NCBI GenBank assembly: GCA_963700295.1
Contig: CAVOWY010000005.1
Span: forward strand, 17,405-81,404
Direction of reading: 5' to 3'
Length of the DNA stretch: 64,000 nt
From: an uncultured Actinomycetes bacterium
GTDB lineage: Bacteria > Actinomycetota > Coriobacteriia > Anaerosomatales > Anaerosomataceae
Under the pieces are notes generated by a model that was not told the origin of the DNA, did not search any database, and was given only the letters and a program-made list of their open reading frames with translations. The translations under genes and the position numbers were made by a program. Within the stretch, counting starts at the first letter, position 1, and every line of letters starts with the position of its first letter. Positions 39,478 through 49,947 of the stretch are shown here, one piece after another.

Positions 39478-40662
39478 ACGCCGGTGGTGCGTGCGGCGTC
39501 GCGTTCGAGGATGCGCGCTGCTTCGTCCACGGGCAGGTTGCGGCTCGCGGCGATGCGCGCCGCGTCGTCGCTCTCCACCCGGAGTGCGCGCGTCCCGTCC
39601 GGCAGGTACGCCGTCTTGAACCGCGCCGTGCCGAGCGAGGTCTCGACCTCGGCCACATCTCGCTCCACCAGCCGGCGAGCAGCCGGCATCAAGCGGACGC
39701 CGAGCGTGCCGGTCTCGGCGATCACGCGGTCGGCGAGGCGCGCTGCGTCGGCCGCGGGCGCAAGGGCGGTGAGCAGCGTGGCCGCCCGCCCCTTCTTCAT
39801 CACGATGGGCGTCTGCCAGACGTCGAGCGCGCCTGCCTGTCGCAGTCGCTCCGAGGCGACGGCGAGCTCCTCGGGCGTGAGGTGGTCGATGTTGGTCTCG
39901 AGCACGACAACGTCCTCGGCATCCGATGCAGGCGGCATGGGTTCGCCGAGGAGCAGGCGGCAGACGTTGGGCGTTCCGAGATCGCGCGTTCCGCACCCGA
40001 CGCCCACGCGGCGGAGCGTCATCGGCGGGAGGGTGCCGAAGCCGGTGGCGAACGTGGCGAGCAGCGCCGCGCCGGTGGGGGTGGTGAGCTCCCCGGGTGC
40101 CGTGCCCGGCACGACGGGCATGCCGCGCAGCAGGAGCGCTGTGGCGGGCGCCGGCACCGGCAGCTCGCCGTGCTCGGTCATCACCGTGCCGCTGCCCACC
40201 GCTACCGGCGATGTCACGAGGTCGAGCACTCCCAGGTGGTAGAGCGCGAGCGACACGCCGAGGATGTCGGCGATGGTGTCGGCCGCGCCGATCTCGTGGA
40301 AGTGAACGTCCTCGGAGCTCCACGCCATGCACCTGCGCCTCGGCGCCTGCGAGGAGGCCGAGCGCGTGGAGCGCGCCGTCGGCCACCTGTGCGGGGAACT
40401 CGGCCGCCGGCGATCAGCTCGCTCAGACTCGAGCCAGTTGCGGCGGGGCGCGGCCGGGCTCCTCCACGTGGATGCCGATGCCGCTGATATCGTGCCGAGC
40501 TGCATTCGTGCGCCGACACGCGCACGGTGCCGAGGCCGAGCGTCTGGAGCGCCGTGCCGAGATCGCCGGGTCGAACCCGGCGTCGACGAGCGCGCCGAGC
40601 AGCTTGTCGCCTGAGACGCCCGTGGAGCAGTCGAGGTACGCGATCACTCGCTGCCGCGCCAC
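39426..40662 (-). pseudogene. larC: LarC-like nickel-insertion protein (DUF111), N-terminal third broken by several frameshifts
   Basis: IAYLDCSTGVSGDKLLGALVDAG, then homologous pieces in all three frames, then VHFHEIGAADTIADILG and an intact C-terminal ~270 aa. Confidence 0.65.
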
Positions 40663-41407
40663 CAGTCTGGTTGATGCGGCTTGCCATGGCTGCCGCGCCG
40701 AAGCCGTTGTCGATGTTCACGACCGCCATACCCGAGGCGCAGGCGTTGAGCATGCCGAGCAGCGCCGCGATGCCGCCGAGGTTCGCCCCGTAGCCCACCG
40801 AGGTGGGGACCGCGATGACCGGGCAGCAGACGAGCCCGGTGACGAGCGAAGGCAGCGCGCCCTCCATGCCCGCAACCGCGATGATCGCATTCGCGTCGCG
40901 CAGCAGATCCTCGTGGGCGAGCAGCCGGTGTACGCCCGCCACACCCACGTCGTAGAGGCGGGTCACGCGGTTGCCCATGACCTCGGCCGAGATCGCCGCT
41001 TCCTCGGCCACGTGCTGGTCGGCCGTGCCGCCGGTGGCGACCACGATGTGGCCGAGTGCCGGACGCTCGGCGCGGCGGTCCACGAGCAGGATCCGCGACT
41101 CCTCGAAGTAGCGGGCGTCGGAGGCCACCTGCGCCACCTTCTGGAAGTGCGCGGCGCTCGCGCGCGTGCCGAGGAACACCTCTCCATGCTCGAGGATCTC
41201 CCGGGCGATGGAGCGCACCTGCGACGCTGACTTGCCCTCGCACAGCACCACTTCGGCAAAGCCGCATCTGAGCGCGCGATGATGGTCGACCTTCGCCTCG
41301 CCGATGTCGGCGAACGGGAGGTGCTCGAGTCGCGCGAGCGCTTCATCGGCGCTCGACTCTCCACGGGCGACCGATTCCAGCAGCTCCCTCATGGTATTCG
41401 GATCCAT
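40660..41407 (-). CDS. larB: LarB-like PurE-family carboxylase; 3' end approximate because the frame runs on without a stop into the larC region
   Basis: MDPNTMRELL..., GVAGMEGALP, PurE-like fold. RBS CAGGAGGG. Confidence 0.7.
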
Positions 41408-41508
41408 CTGGCCCTCCTGGTCAAGCATCCGGTGAAGGCGTTTCGTACGACAATCCATCGTGAAGGTTATACACTGTTCAGACACGCAACAGGCGGGGGT
41501 AGCCCGGA

Positions 41509-43020
41509 GTGAACCTTCCGAAGTCCCTTGAGCGGATGGATCTGGCGACGAGAGTCCTCGTGGCCGGTCGTGCGATCGTGCTTGTGCTGATGCTCGCGTT
41601 CCACGTTCCGATGGGCGCGAGCGAGTTCACGCATTCCGCGGCCCTCAGCGTGGGAGTCACGCTGTACGCGGTGTGGTCGATCATCTGGATCGTCCACTGC
41701 TCATGAGGCCCACCAGCAACCACGTGACGATGCTCACGGTATCCGCGGTCATCGACTGGAGCGGGACTCGGCGCTTCTGGTCGTAGCCACGTCGCAGTAT
41801 CGGGACCCCTTCTTTGCGTGGTACGTGGCCGAGGCCGCCGTGTTCGGTCTCTTGCTGCGGCGACACCGGGCGTGGGTCCTCGGTGGCGTGATCACGGGGT
41901 CGTACGTGGTCGGACACCTTCTCGGCGGCCTGCTGGCCGATCCCATCGAGACCGTGTTCATTCTGGTGAACGCCGGCGCCCTGATGGGCGTGGTGGTGGC
42001 CGTTTCGCTTGCGCTCCGGGGGCAGGAGCAGCGGCAGGCCGAGGTCGAGTCGCAGCGCTCCGAGGTCGTGAACCTCAACGAGCGGCTCGAGCGCAGTGTG
42101 GCCGAGTTGCGCGCGGTCACCGAGATCACCGAACTCATCCACTCCACGCTCGAGGTCGAGTCGGTAGGACCGGTACTCCTCGAGATCCTCGAGAAGGTCA
42201 TCAACATCCCGGCCGGGTCGCTCTACGTCATCGACAAGGCTAAACAGGAGACCATCTTCTCCACGAGCAGCATCGCCGCCGCCGCCTCCCGGTCGTACTC
42301 GGGTCTCGAGCTTGCGGGGGCGCTGCCCGTGGGTTCTCCTGACGGTGCGCTCTCCTGCATAGAGCTGGTGGACCACAACCAGACGGTCGTCGTCTTCTGT
42401 GCGGACTCGGCGGCCATAGACGGTCTGTCGTCTGACGACCGGATCGTTCTCCAGGCGGTCGCGTCGGAGCTCGTCGTGGCGGTGGAGAACTCGCGGCTGT
42501 ACCGGCTCACCAAGCGTCTCGCGATCACCGACGAGCTCACCGACCTTACAACTACCGCTTCCTGCAGCAGCGCCTCGACGACGAGATCGGGCGTGCCGAC
42601 CGCTACAGCAAGACGGCTGTCGCTTCTCATGCTCGACGTCGACGACTTCAAGCGCGATCAACGACACCTACGGCCATCTCGTGGGCGACGCGGCGCTCTG
42701 GCCGAGGTGGGCAGCGTGCTGAAGAGCACCGTTCGCGAGGTCGACATCGTGGCCCGCTACGGCGGCGAGGAGTTCACGATCATCCTGCCCGAGACCGACG
42801 CGTCCGGGCGCGTTCATCGTGGCCGAGAAGATCCGCGAGGCCATCGCGATGCACCGCTTCCCCGATGCCGACGGCGGTCGCTCTGTCCACCTCACGGTGA
42901 GCATCGGGCTGGCGAGCTACCCGGTGCACGCGGACGACAAGGAGTCGCTGCTGCGCTCGGCCGACGACGCGCGTCTACCACGCCAAGGAGACCGGCAAGG
43001 ACCGCGTGCGCGCGCCTCGG
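41509..43020 (+). pseudogene. Membrane-anchored GAF-GGDEF diguanylate cyclase broken by at least 5 indels
   Basis: TM N-terminus, GAF-like middle, GGDEF (RYGGEEF) pieces alternate between frames near 41700-41780, 42545, 42610, 42665, 42820 and 42985. Confidence 0.6.
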
Positions 43021-43072
43021 CTGCGCCTGCGGCCGGATGCCGGGCTGCCGACCCGCTCGAGGAGGCCGCCGA

Positions 43073-43899
43073 ATGACGACCGTCGCCATTCCTCGGGCCC
43101 GCAGGGACGTTCAGCGAGGTGGCGGCTGCTCTCGCTCGGGCTGCCCGACGTGGAGCCGCTGCCATGCGTGACCATCGCCGAGGTGTTCGAGGCCGTGGAG
43201 CGCGGCAAGGCCGATGTCGGCGTGGTGCCGATCGAGAACTCGATCGAGGGCTCGGTGGTGGCGACGCTCGACGCGCTCGTGTTCGACTACGACGCTCGAG
43301 ATCCAGCGCGAACTCGTGCTCGACATCCACTTCTCGCTCGTGGCGGCGCCGGGCACGAAGCTGGCCGACGTCACCTCGGTGGTCGCGCATCCGCAGGCGG
43401 GCGGGCAGTGCCGCCGGTGGCTGGAGCGGAACCTGCCCGGTCGCCCGGTCGCGGCCGCGAACAGCAACGCCGAGGCGGTGCAGACGGCGGTCGGCAGCCC
43501 GGGCGTGGCCGCGCTCGGGACCGGCACTCGCCGCCGAGCTCTACGGCGCCGAGATCCTCGAAGAGGGCGTCGCAGGACTACGCGGGCAACCAGACGCGTT
43601 TCGTGGTGCTCGGCCGGGGCCTGCAGCCGCGCACCGGCCACGACAAGACGTCGCTCGCGCTGTTCATGAAGAAGGACAAGCCGGGCGCGCTCCTGATGAT
43701 CCTCTCCGAGTTCGCCTACGGCGACATCAACCTCACGAAGATCCAGAGCCGGCCCACCAAGCGCCAGCTGGGCGACTACATGTTCTTCGTCGACCTCGAG
43801 GGCCACGTGGACGACCCGCACGTGCGCCTCGCGCTCGACTGCCTGCGCCTGAAGCTGCGCGAAGTGAAGGTCCTCGGCAGCTACCCCGTCGCGCAGTAG
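43073..43899 (+). pseudogene. pheA: Prephenate dehydratase (PDT plus ACT domain) broken by at least 4 frameshifts
   Basis: MTTVAIPGPAGTF.., VGVVPIENSIEGSV.., TRF motif, and an ACT domain (LALFMKKDKPGALL..) spread over three frames. RBS GAGGAGG. Confidence 0.65.
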
Positions 43900-43999
43900 G
43901 TTCGACTTCCCCGTTCCCAACTGCGGCCCCATCTGTGATCACAAGGTATAAGCATATCGGAACAGTCCGATAATGAAACCGAGTAGCAGGGGGTTCCTC

Positions 44000-45281
44000 A
44001 TGAGCGATCAGGCGGTCGACTACCACCCGATGTGGGCCGAGCTCGGACTCGACCTGCCCACCCACGATGCGCTGCTCGGTGCGGTCGGACAGCTCTTCGG
44101 CGACGCGTACCTCACGCAGGAGAACCGCCCCGAGGGCATGGACTACCTCAACTTCGTGATGAGCGAGGTCCACGGCCTGCGCATCAAGGAGCTCGACGAC
44201 TTCCGCAAGTCCGGCGGCAAGGTATTCGGCACGTTCTGCCTGTACGTGCCCGAGGAGATCATCCGCGCGGCAGGCGGCTGGTGCGTGGGCCTGTGTGCCG
44301 GCGCCGAGTTCGGCTACGACCAGGTCGAGCAGATCATGCCGCGCAACACCTGCGCGCTCATCAAGGCATCGATGGGCTTCAAGCTCGCGCAAGGTGTGCC
44401 CGTACATCGAGTCGGCGGACCTCGTGATCGGCGAGACCACGTGCGACGGCAAGAAGAAGGCGTACGAGCTGCTCGGCGAACTCCACAACACGTGGGTGAT
44501 GGAGCTGCCGCAGATGAAGCGGCCCGAGGACGTCGCGATGTGGAAGGCCGAGATTCGCGAGCTGGTGAAGAAGGCCGAGGAGCTCACCGGCAACACCATC
44601 ACCGCCGAGAGCCTGCGCGCGTCGATCAAGGAAGTGAACGACAAGCGTCGCGCGCTGCAGCGCATCGCCGCGGCGTGCAAGGCCGCCCCGGCGCCGATCA
44701 GCGGCAAGGATCGTCTGCTCGCCACCCAGGTGGCCTTCTACGACGACGTCCCGCGCTTCACCACGATGATGAACGCGCTCGCAGACGAGCTCGAGGACCG
44801 CGTGGCTGCGGGCGAGGGCGTGGCTCCCAAAGAAGCGAAGCGCGTGCTCGTGACCGGTACGCCGATGGCGCTGCCGAACTGGAAGCTCCACGACATCATC
44901 GAGAAGGCGGGTGCCGTGGTGGTGGCCGAGGAGATGTGCACCGGCAGCCGCTACTACTCGCAGCTGGTTACCGAAGACGGCGCCTCGCTCGACGAGATGC
45001 TCGACGACATCGCCGAGAAGTACCTCGACATCAACTGCGCGTGCTTCACGCCCAACAAGGGCCGCATCGACGACGTGGTGCGCATGGCCAAGGAGTACGG
45101 CGCGGACGGCGTCATCGACTACTCGCTCCAGTTCTGCGGCCTCTACGAGATGGAGAGTCACGGCGTGGAGGCAGCCGTCCGCGAGGCAGGGCTGCCGGTG
45201 CTGAAGATCACCACCGACTACTCGATGGAAGACGTGGGCCAGCTCGCCACGCGCGTCGAGGCTTTCCTCGAGATGCTCTAG
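44000..45281 (+). pseudogene. HGD-D-family 2-hydroxyacyl-CoA dehydratase / double-cubane-cluster-type protein, with one frameshift near 44390
   Basis: N-terminal part in ORF 43973 and the remainder in ORF 44295. IGETTCDGKKK motif. Paralog of the gene at 52240-53418. Confidence 0.7.
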
Positions 45282-45285
45282 GCGC

Positions 45286-46032
45286 ATGCGGGTCCTCGGA
45301 CTGGATATCGGTTCCCGGAGCGTGGATGCGGTCTGGCTCGAAGATGGCCGGATCGTGGACTGGGCGGTGGCCGACTCGGGTTTCGACCCCGGGTCGGCCG
45401 CGGCCGTCTTCGTCGATCGTGGCGTGCACGATGCGATCGTCTCCACAGGCTACGGCCGCCATGCGGCCAAGGAGCGCTTCGGCGGGTCGGCGGTGACCGA
45501 GATCACCGCATACGGACTTGGCGCGTGGGCGCTGTTCCCCGAGGCGGCCTCGGTGCTCGACATCGGCGGCCAGGACACCAAGGTGATCTCGCTCGGGCAC
45601 TGCGGCCGCGTGGTGGATTTTGAGATGAACGACAAGTGCGCGGCCGGCACCGGCAAGTTCCTCGAAGTGATGGCCCGCGCGCTCGGCTACACGCTGGAGG
45701 AGATGGCCGACGAGGCACTTGCCGCCGAGAGCGGTGTGGCGATCTCGAGCATGTGCACGGTGTTCGCCGAGAGCGAGGTCACCGGGCTCGTGCATCGCGG
45801 CGAGGACCGCGCTCGCATCGCCCGCGGGCTGCACGACGCGATCGCCAAGCGCACGCTCGGCTCGCTCAAGCGGGTCAACGCCCAGGGGCCGCTGGTGTTC
45901 GCCGGCGGCGTGGCCAAGAACCCGGCGATGGTGGCACTGATCACCGGGGGATTCACGGGCGACGTGTGCGTGCCCGCAGAGGCGCAGATCGTGGGCGCGT
46001 ACGGGGCGGCGCTGTCCGCGGCCGAGGGGTGA
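45286..46032 (+). CDS. HgdC/BadF/BcrAD-type ATPase activator (ASKHA fold)
   Basis: LGLDIGSRSVDAV, DIGGQDTK, C(x)AAGTGKF (cluster-binding Cys) motifs. Confidence 0.85.
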   Translation: MRVLGLDIGSRSVDAVWLEDGRIVDWAVADSGFDPGSAAAVFVDRGVHDAIVSTGYGRHAAKERFGGSAVTEITAYGLGAWALFPEAASVLDIGGQDTKVISLGHCGRVVDFEMNDKCAAGTGKFLEVMARALGYTLEEMADEALAAESGVAISSMCTVFAESEVTGLVHRGEDRARIARGLHDAIAKRTLGSLKRVNAQGPLVFAGGVAKNPAMVALITGGFTGDVCVPAEAQIVGAYGAALSAAEG

Positions 46033-46038
46033 GGCCGG

Positions 46039-46308
46039 GTGTCCGGGGAGCGCGCGATCCTGATCGAGTTCGTCAACACATGACCGAGCTGTGACGAGTA
46101 CGCACGGATCGTGCGTGAGGTCGCTTCGAGATACGAGGGGAGGGTCGAGGTGCGAATCTACCAGGCCGGGCGTGACATGGCGTACCTAGCCAAGTATGGG
46201 CCCGTGATGCGCGGGACCCTCATCATCGACGAACGCATCCGCCTCGAGCATCTCACGCGACCGATCATCGAGGATGCGATCGCGCGTGCGGTCGAGGACG
46301 CCTCGTGA
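46039..46308 (+). CDS. Thioredoxin-like small protein (redox-active disulfide protein 2 type) with an in-frame TGA at the first redox Cys: UxxC selenoprotein candidate
   Basis: GTG 46039 (RBS GAGG) reads MSGERAILIEFVNT-[TGA 46081-83]-PSCDEYARIV..KYGPVMRGTLIIDER... The supplied ORF 46111-46308 is the same frame downstream of the TGA. Hairpin ACGCAC-GGATC-GTGCGT at 46100-46116, 15 nt after the TGA. Confidence 0.5.
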
Positions 46309-47393
46309 GCTTCCTCAGAGACACGCTTGCGGGCACCTGGCTGGTGCTAGCCGATGCCGCACCCTGGCTGCTGGTGAGCTACGTGCTCGCCGGCCTGATG
46401 CACGAGTTCGTGAGTCCGGAGCGGCTCCAGGCGCACCTCGGCAACAAGCGCCTGTCGTCGATTGTGAAAGCCACGTTCTCGGGCATGCTGCTGCCGATGT
46501 GCAGCTGCGGCGCGATTCCGCTCGGCCTGAGCCTGTACTACTCCGGTGCATACCTGGGGCCGGCCCTCGCGTTCATGGTCGCCGCCCCGATGATCAACCC
46601 TGCAGCCATCTTGCTGACTTACAGCCTGCTCGGCCCGCAGATCGCCACGATCTACGTCATCGGTGGCATCCTGATCCCGATCATCGTCGGCCTGATCGCC
46701 AACGCGCTCGGTGGTGAGCAACTGTACGCACAGGGCGTCGATGAGGTGTCGCGTGTGCAGCTGGCCGCGGCGCAGGGTACGCCGCTCAGGGATCGGCTGC
46801 GAGCCGGCCTCAGCTACGGGTTCGGCGACCTGGGCGTGGTCGTGAGCAAATACGTGGTGATCGGCGCGATTTCGGCCGGGGTTCTGTTCGCGCTCATCCC
46901 TGACACGTTCATCGATCGATACCTGGGCGACCCAGGGTTGCTGTCGCTCTTCGGCGTGAGCGTTCTCGGGGCGACCATGTATGTCTGCGCAGTCGGCCAT
47001 ATCCCGTTCATCGCAGCGATCGTGGCGGCCGGGGCGGCGCCCGGAACCGCGATTACGTTCCTGATGGCCGGCGCCGCCACCAACGTGCCCGAGTTCATCA
47101 TGATCTCGAAGCTCATCGGAAAGCGCACGGCCCTCTTCTACTCCGTGGTGGTCGTGTTCTTCGCTCTGGCGGCAGGTTGGTTCGCCAATGCCCTGATCGG
47201 GGACGGGTTCGTGCCGTTCATAGACCCGGAGCGCAGCGCCGGAACGATCGCGATCGCCAACTGGTTCATCATCACGGTCCCGCCCTGGCTTCAGGTGCTG
47301 AGCGCCGTCGCGGTCGTTGGTCTGGGGCTCCTCGCCTATCGGGGCAGGCTCACCGCGCTGTTCGCGCGCGTCCCTGCGGGGGCCGAGTCATGA
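46305..47393 (+). CDS. COG0701-type permease with a CxC motif (ArsP-like)
   Basis: LLPMCSCGAIPL motif, ~9 TM. GTG overlaps the stop of the thioredoxin-like gene, suggesting translational coupling. Confidence 0.8.
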   Translation: MSFLRDTLAGTWLVLADAAPWLLVSYVLAGLMHEFVSPERLQAHLGNKRLSSIVKATFSGMLLPMCSCGAIPLGLSLYYSGAYLGPALAFMVAAPMINPAAILLTYSLLGPQIATIYVIGGILIPIIVGLIANALGGEQLYAQGVDEVSRVQLAAAQGTPLRDRLRAGLSYGFGDLGVVVSKYVVIGAISAGVLFALIPDTFIDRYLGDPGLLSLFGVSVLGATMYVCAVGHIPFIAAIVAAGAAPGTAITFLMAGAATNVPEFIMISKLIGKRTALFYSVVVVFFALAAGWFANALIGDGFVPFIDPERSAGTIAIANWFIITVPPWLQVLSAVAVVGLGLLAYRGRLTALFARVPAGAES

Positions 47394-47881
47394 AGCGGAT
47401 CGCCGTGATCGCCGCCACGCTGGCCGCGCTCGTGCTGGCCGGATGCGCGCCTGAGACTGCCGCCGAGACCGTGACCACCGTGCCGGAGTCCAACGCGCTT
47501 GTGAACTGGTACGTGGGGCAGCACGCGGACACCCGCGTCGTTGCTTCGGCGCTCGGCGACGTCACCGCGGACGGCACCGATGACCTGGTCGTCATCTACC
47601 AGAAGGCTGACGACGAGGACCGGCGTTGGATGCGCGTGGTCGTTGGGGGCGACGAGCCGACCGCGACCGACGAGGTGCCGGCCCCTGTAGAGAACCAGCG
47701 CATCGACTTCCGCGACATCGACGAGCAAGCCCCCATTGAGTTCGTCATCCGGGGATCGAAAGCGGGCAACGTGGGCTTCGCGATCTTCCGGGTGACCGAC
47801 GGGAAGCTCGAGAACGTCTTCGGCGAGGACATGGATCGCTGCTGCGAAGCGCAGCCGCGCGTGACGCACCAAGCGTCCTAA
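47390..47881 (+). CDS. Hypothetical lipoprotein
   Basis: Lipobox LAGC. ATGA overlap with the permease stop. Confidence 0.5.
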   Translation: MKRIAVIAATLAALVLAGCAPETAAETVTTVPESNALVNWYVGQHADTRVVASALGDVTADGTDDLVVIYQKADDEDRRWMRVVVGGDEPTATDEVPAPVENQRIDFRDIDEQAPIEFVIRGSKAGNVGFAIFRVTDGKLENVFGEDMDRCCEAQPRVTHQAS

Positions 47882-47941
47882 AGGGTTCATCGGCGGATGG
47901 CGCCGTGCAGCACGTATGTATACCGAACAGGGAGGGAATGC

Positions 47942-49072
47942 ATGGACAGGTTCGGACGGGTGATCGCGCTGCTGCTGGCAGTGGTGCTCATCGCAGGGAT
48001 GGTCGCTGGTTGTGCGGTTGAGGACACGACGACCGGTGAGACGACCGAGGAGGAAGCGGTCGACGACTACACGGTCAAGCTCGGCTACTACAACTGCGAC
48101 CACATGCTCGCATCGGTCGTGGCGAACGACGCCGGCATCTTCGAGGAGATGGGCCTCGACGTCGAGCTCACCGGCAACGGCAACGTGCCCGAGGCGATGG
48201 CCGCCGGTCAGATGGACGTGGGCTACATCGGCACGGAGGGTCTGATCAAGGCGCGGGAGAAGGGATCGCCCATTTTCGTGGCTGCGTGCAATCACGTGGG
48301 TGGCTCGTTCTACCTCGTGGCCTCGAATGACATCAAGACCAAGGAGGACCTTGTCGGCAAGGAGCTTGGCCTTGCTCCGGACATCGACAAGACCGACGCC
48401 TACTGGGTACGCATCGCGAAGAACACCGGCATCCCGGTGGAGGCGAGCAACTACCAGCCGTACGCCATGGAGATCAAGGACCAGTTCCTCGCACTCACCG
48501 CCGGGCAGATCGACGGCTACGTGACCTGTGATCCGTGGGGCTCCGCTGCGGTCGTGGATGGCGTGGGCTGGATCGTCGGCGACGACACGCACATCCCGGG
48601 CACCGATGAGTACGGTGTGTGCTGCTCCTACGCGATGAACGAGGACTTCGCTGCCGAGCATCCCGAGCTTGCGGTGAAGATGGTGCAGGCGCACGCCAAG
48701 GCGATCCAGTACACATACGAGCACCCGGCCAAGGCCGCGAAGATCTTCGCCGAGAACTACGGCGTCAAAGACGAGGTCGCACTCATGACCATCTGGCACA
48801 AGCTCATCGCCGATGGACGCACGCTGACCTGGAAGATCGACGAGGAGCTCTACCAGAACGAGGTCGACTATGCGATCGAGGTCGGCACCATGGACTTCAC
48901 GCCATCGCTCGACGACTTCGTCAAGACCGACATCTACGACCAGGCCGAACTGGCTGACTTTGACGCGTTCATCGCAGACGAGGTCGACTCGGTCATGCCG
49001 CTCGACATGAGCTACGAGGACTTCAAGGCCTATGCGCTCGAGACTGACCGCGACTCCGGGCTTGAGCTCTAG
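47942..49072 (+). CDS. ABC transporter substrate-binding lipoprotein (NMT1/SsuA/TauA-like)
   Basis: Lipobox VAGC, RBS GGGAGGG, NMT1-like sequence. Confidence 0.75.
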   Translation: MDRFGRVIALLLAVVLIAGMVAGCAVEDTTTGETTEEEAVDDYTVKLGYYNCDHMLASVVANDAGIFEEMGLDVELTGNGNVPEAMAAGQMDVGYIGTEGLIKAREKGSPIFVAACNHVGGSFYLVASNDIKTKEDLVGKELGLAPDIDKTDAYWVRIAKNTGIPVEASNYQPYAMEIKDQFLALTAGQIDGYVTCDPWGSAAVVDGVGWIVGDDTHIPGTDEYGVCCSYAMNEDFAAEHPELAVKMVQAHAKAIQYTYEHPAKAAKIFAENYGVKDEVALMTIWHKLIADGRTLTWKIDEELYQNEVDYAIEVGTMDFTPSLDDFVKTDIYDQAELADFDAFIADEVDSVMPLDMSYEDFKAYALETDRDSGLEL

Positions 49073-49137
49073 CCGTACTCCAGAGCAGGAAGGAGCCGAG
49101 GCGGGGCGCCGCGCAGGCGGCGCTCCGCCCGTCCCCG

Positions 49138-49947
49138 ATGAAACGACTCGCACGCAGTGTGCTGGTGGTAGCGACGGTCCTTACTGTGGTCGTCTTGGTT
49201 CTTGTCGCCTCGTCGGCCTCACGTATCGACGAGTCCGGCGAGGGCGCCACAATCAACCTCGGCACGCCCGCTGACTCGGCGGGACTGCTAGGTAGCGTGC
49301 TGGATGGCGTCAGCGTGAACGGCGGGAGCGAGATCGTCGCCTACCCGCTCAAGGACTGCTGCACTACCAAGACCGAGTATGCGCTGTCGGTGGACTTGCT
49401 CGACGCGGCGCTTCTCTGTCCCGATGCGGCCGAGCGTCTTGTCGAGCGGGATGCGCGGTACGTGCGCGTGGGAGCTGTGGTGATGAACTCGGATGTGCTT
49501 GTGGCTCGCGGGGACGGTCAGCCGATCGTGGTCGTGGCGGTCGGTGTGAACCGGGACTATCAGGTGCAGATCGCACGGGAGCAGTGGGGTGCGGCCATCG
49601 ATGTGCGGCCAACGCTTTCCTCGGTGATCTCGCTGGCGGTGGCCGATGGTGAGGTCGACGCTGCGGTGGTCGATCTGCTGGATGCGCGTGCGCTCGTCAC
49701 CACGGGATCGGACGTGACTCCTGTCGAAGGCGACGTGGTCTCGTACGAACTCGTGGTGACGCGCGACTTCGCGGTGAGCGACGAATACGCGACCTTTCTC
49801 GACCAGATGGGCGATGCGGCCGAGAGCCTCAATCGCGCTGAGGTCTTCAGCTCGACGGTCCGTTCCTGGACGGGGACGGCGATGACGAAGGAGGAGGTGG
49901 ACCTGTGGAGAGACTCGAAGATGTGCTTCGTGAGGCCGAGCCCCTGA
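49138..49947 (+). CDS. Hypothetical secreted protein, possibly a degenerate substrate-binding-like protein
   Basis: N-terminal TM/signal segment only. Confidence 0.35.
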   Translation: MKRLARSVLVVATVLTVVVLVLVASSASRIDESGEGATINLGTPADSAGLLGSVLDGVSVNGGSEIVAYPLKDCCTTKTEYALSVDLLDAALLCPDAAERLVERDARYVRVGAVVMNSDVLVARGDGQPIVVVAVGVNRDYQVQIAREQWGAAIDVRPTLSSVISLAVADGEVDAAVVDLLDARALVTTGSDVTPVEGDVVSYELVVTRDFAVSDEYATFLDQMGDAAESLNRAEVFSSTVRSWTGTAMTKEEVDLWRDSKMCFVRPSP

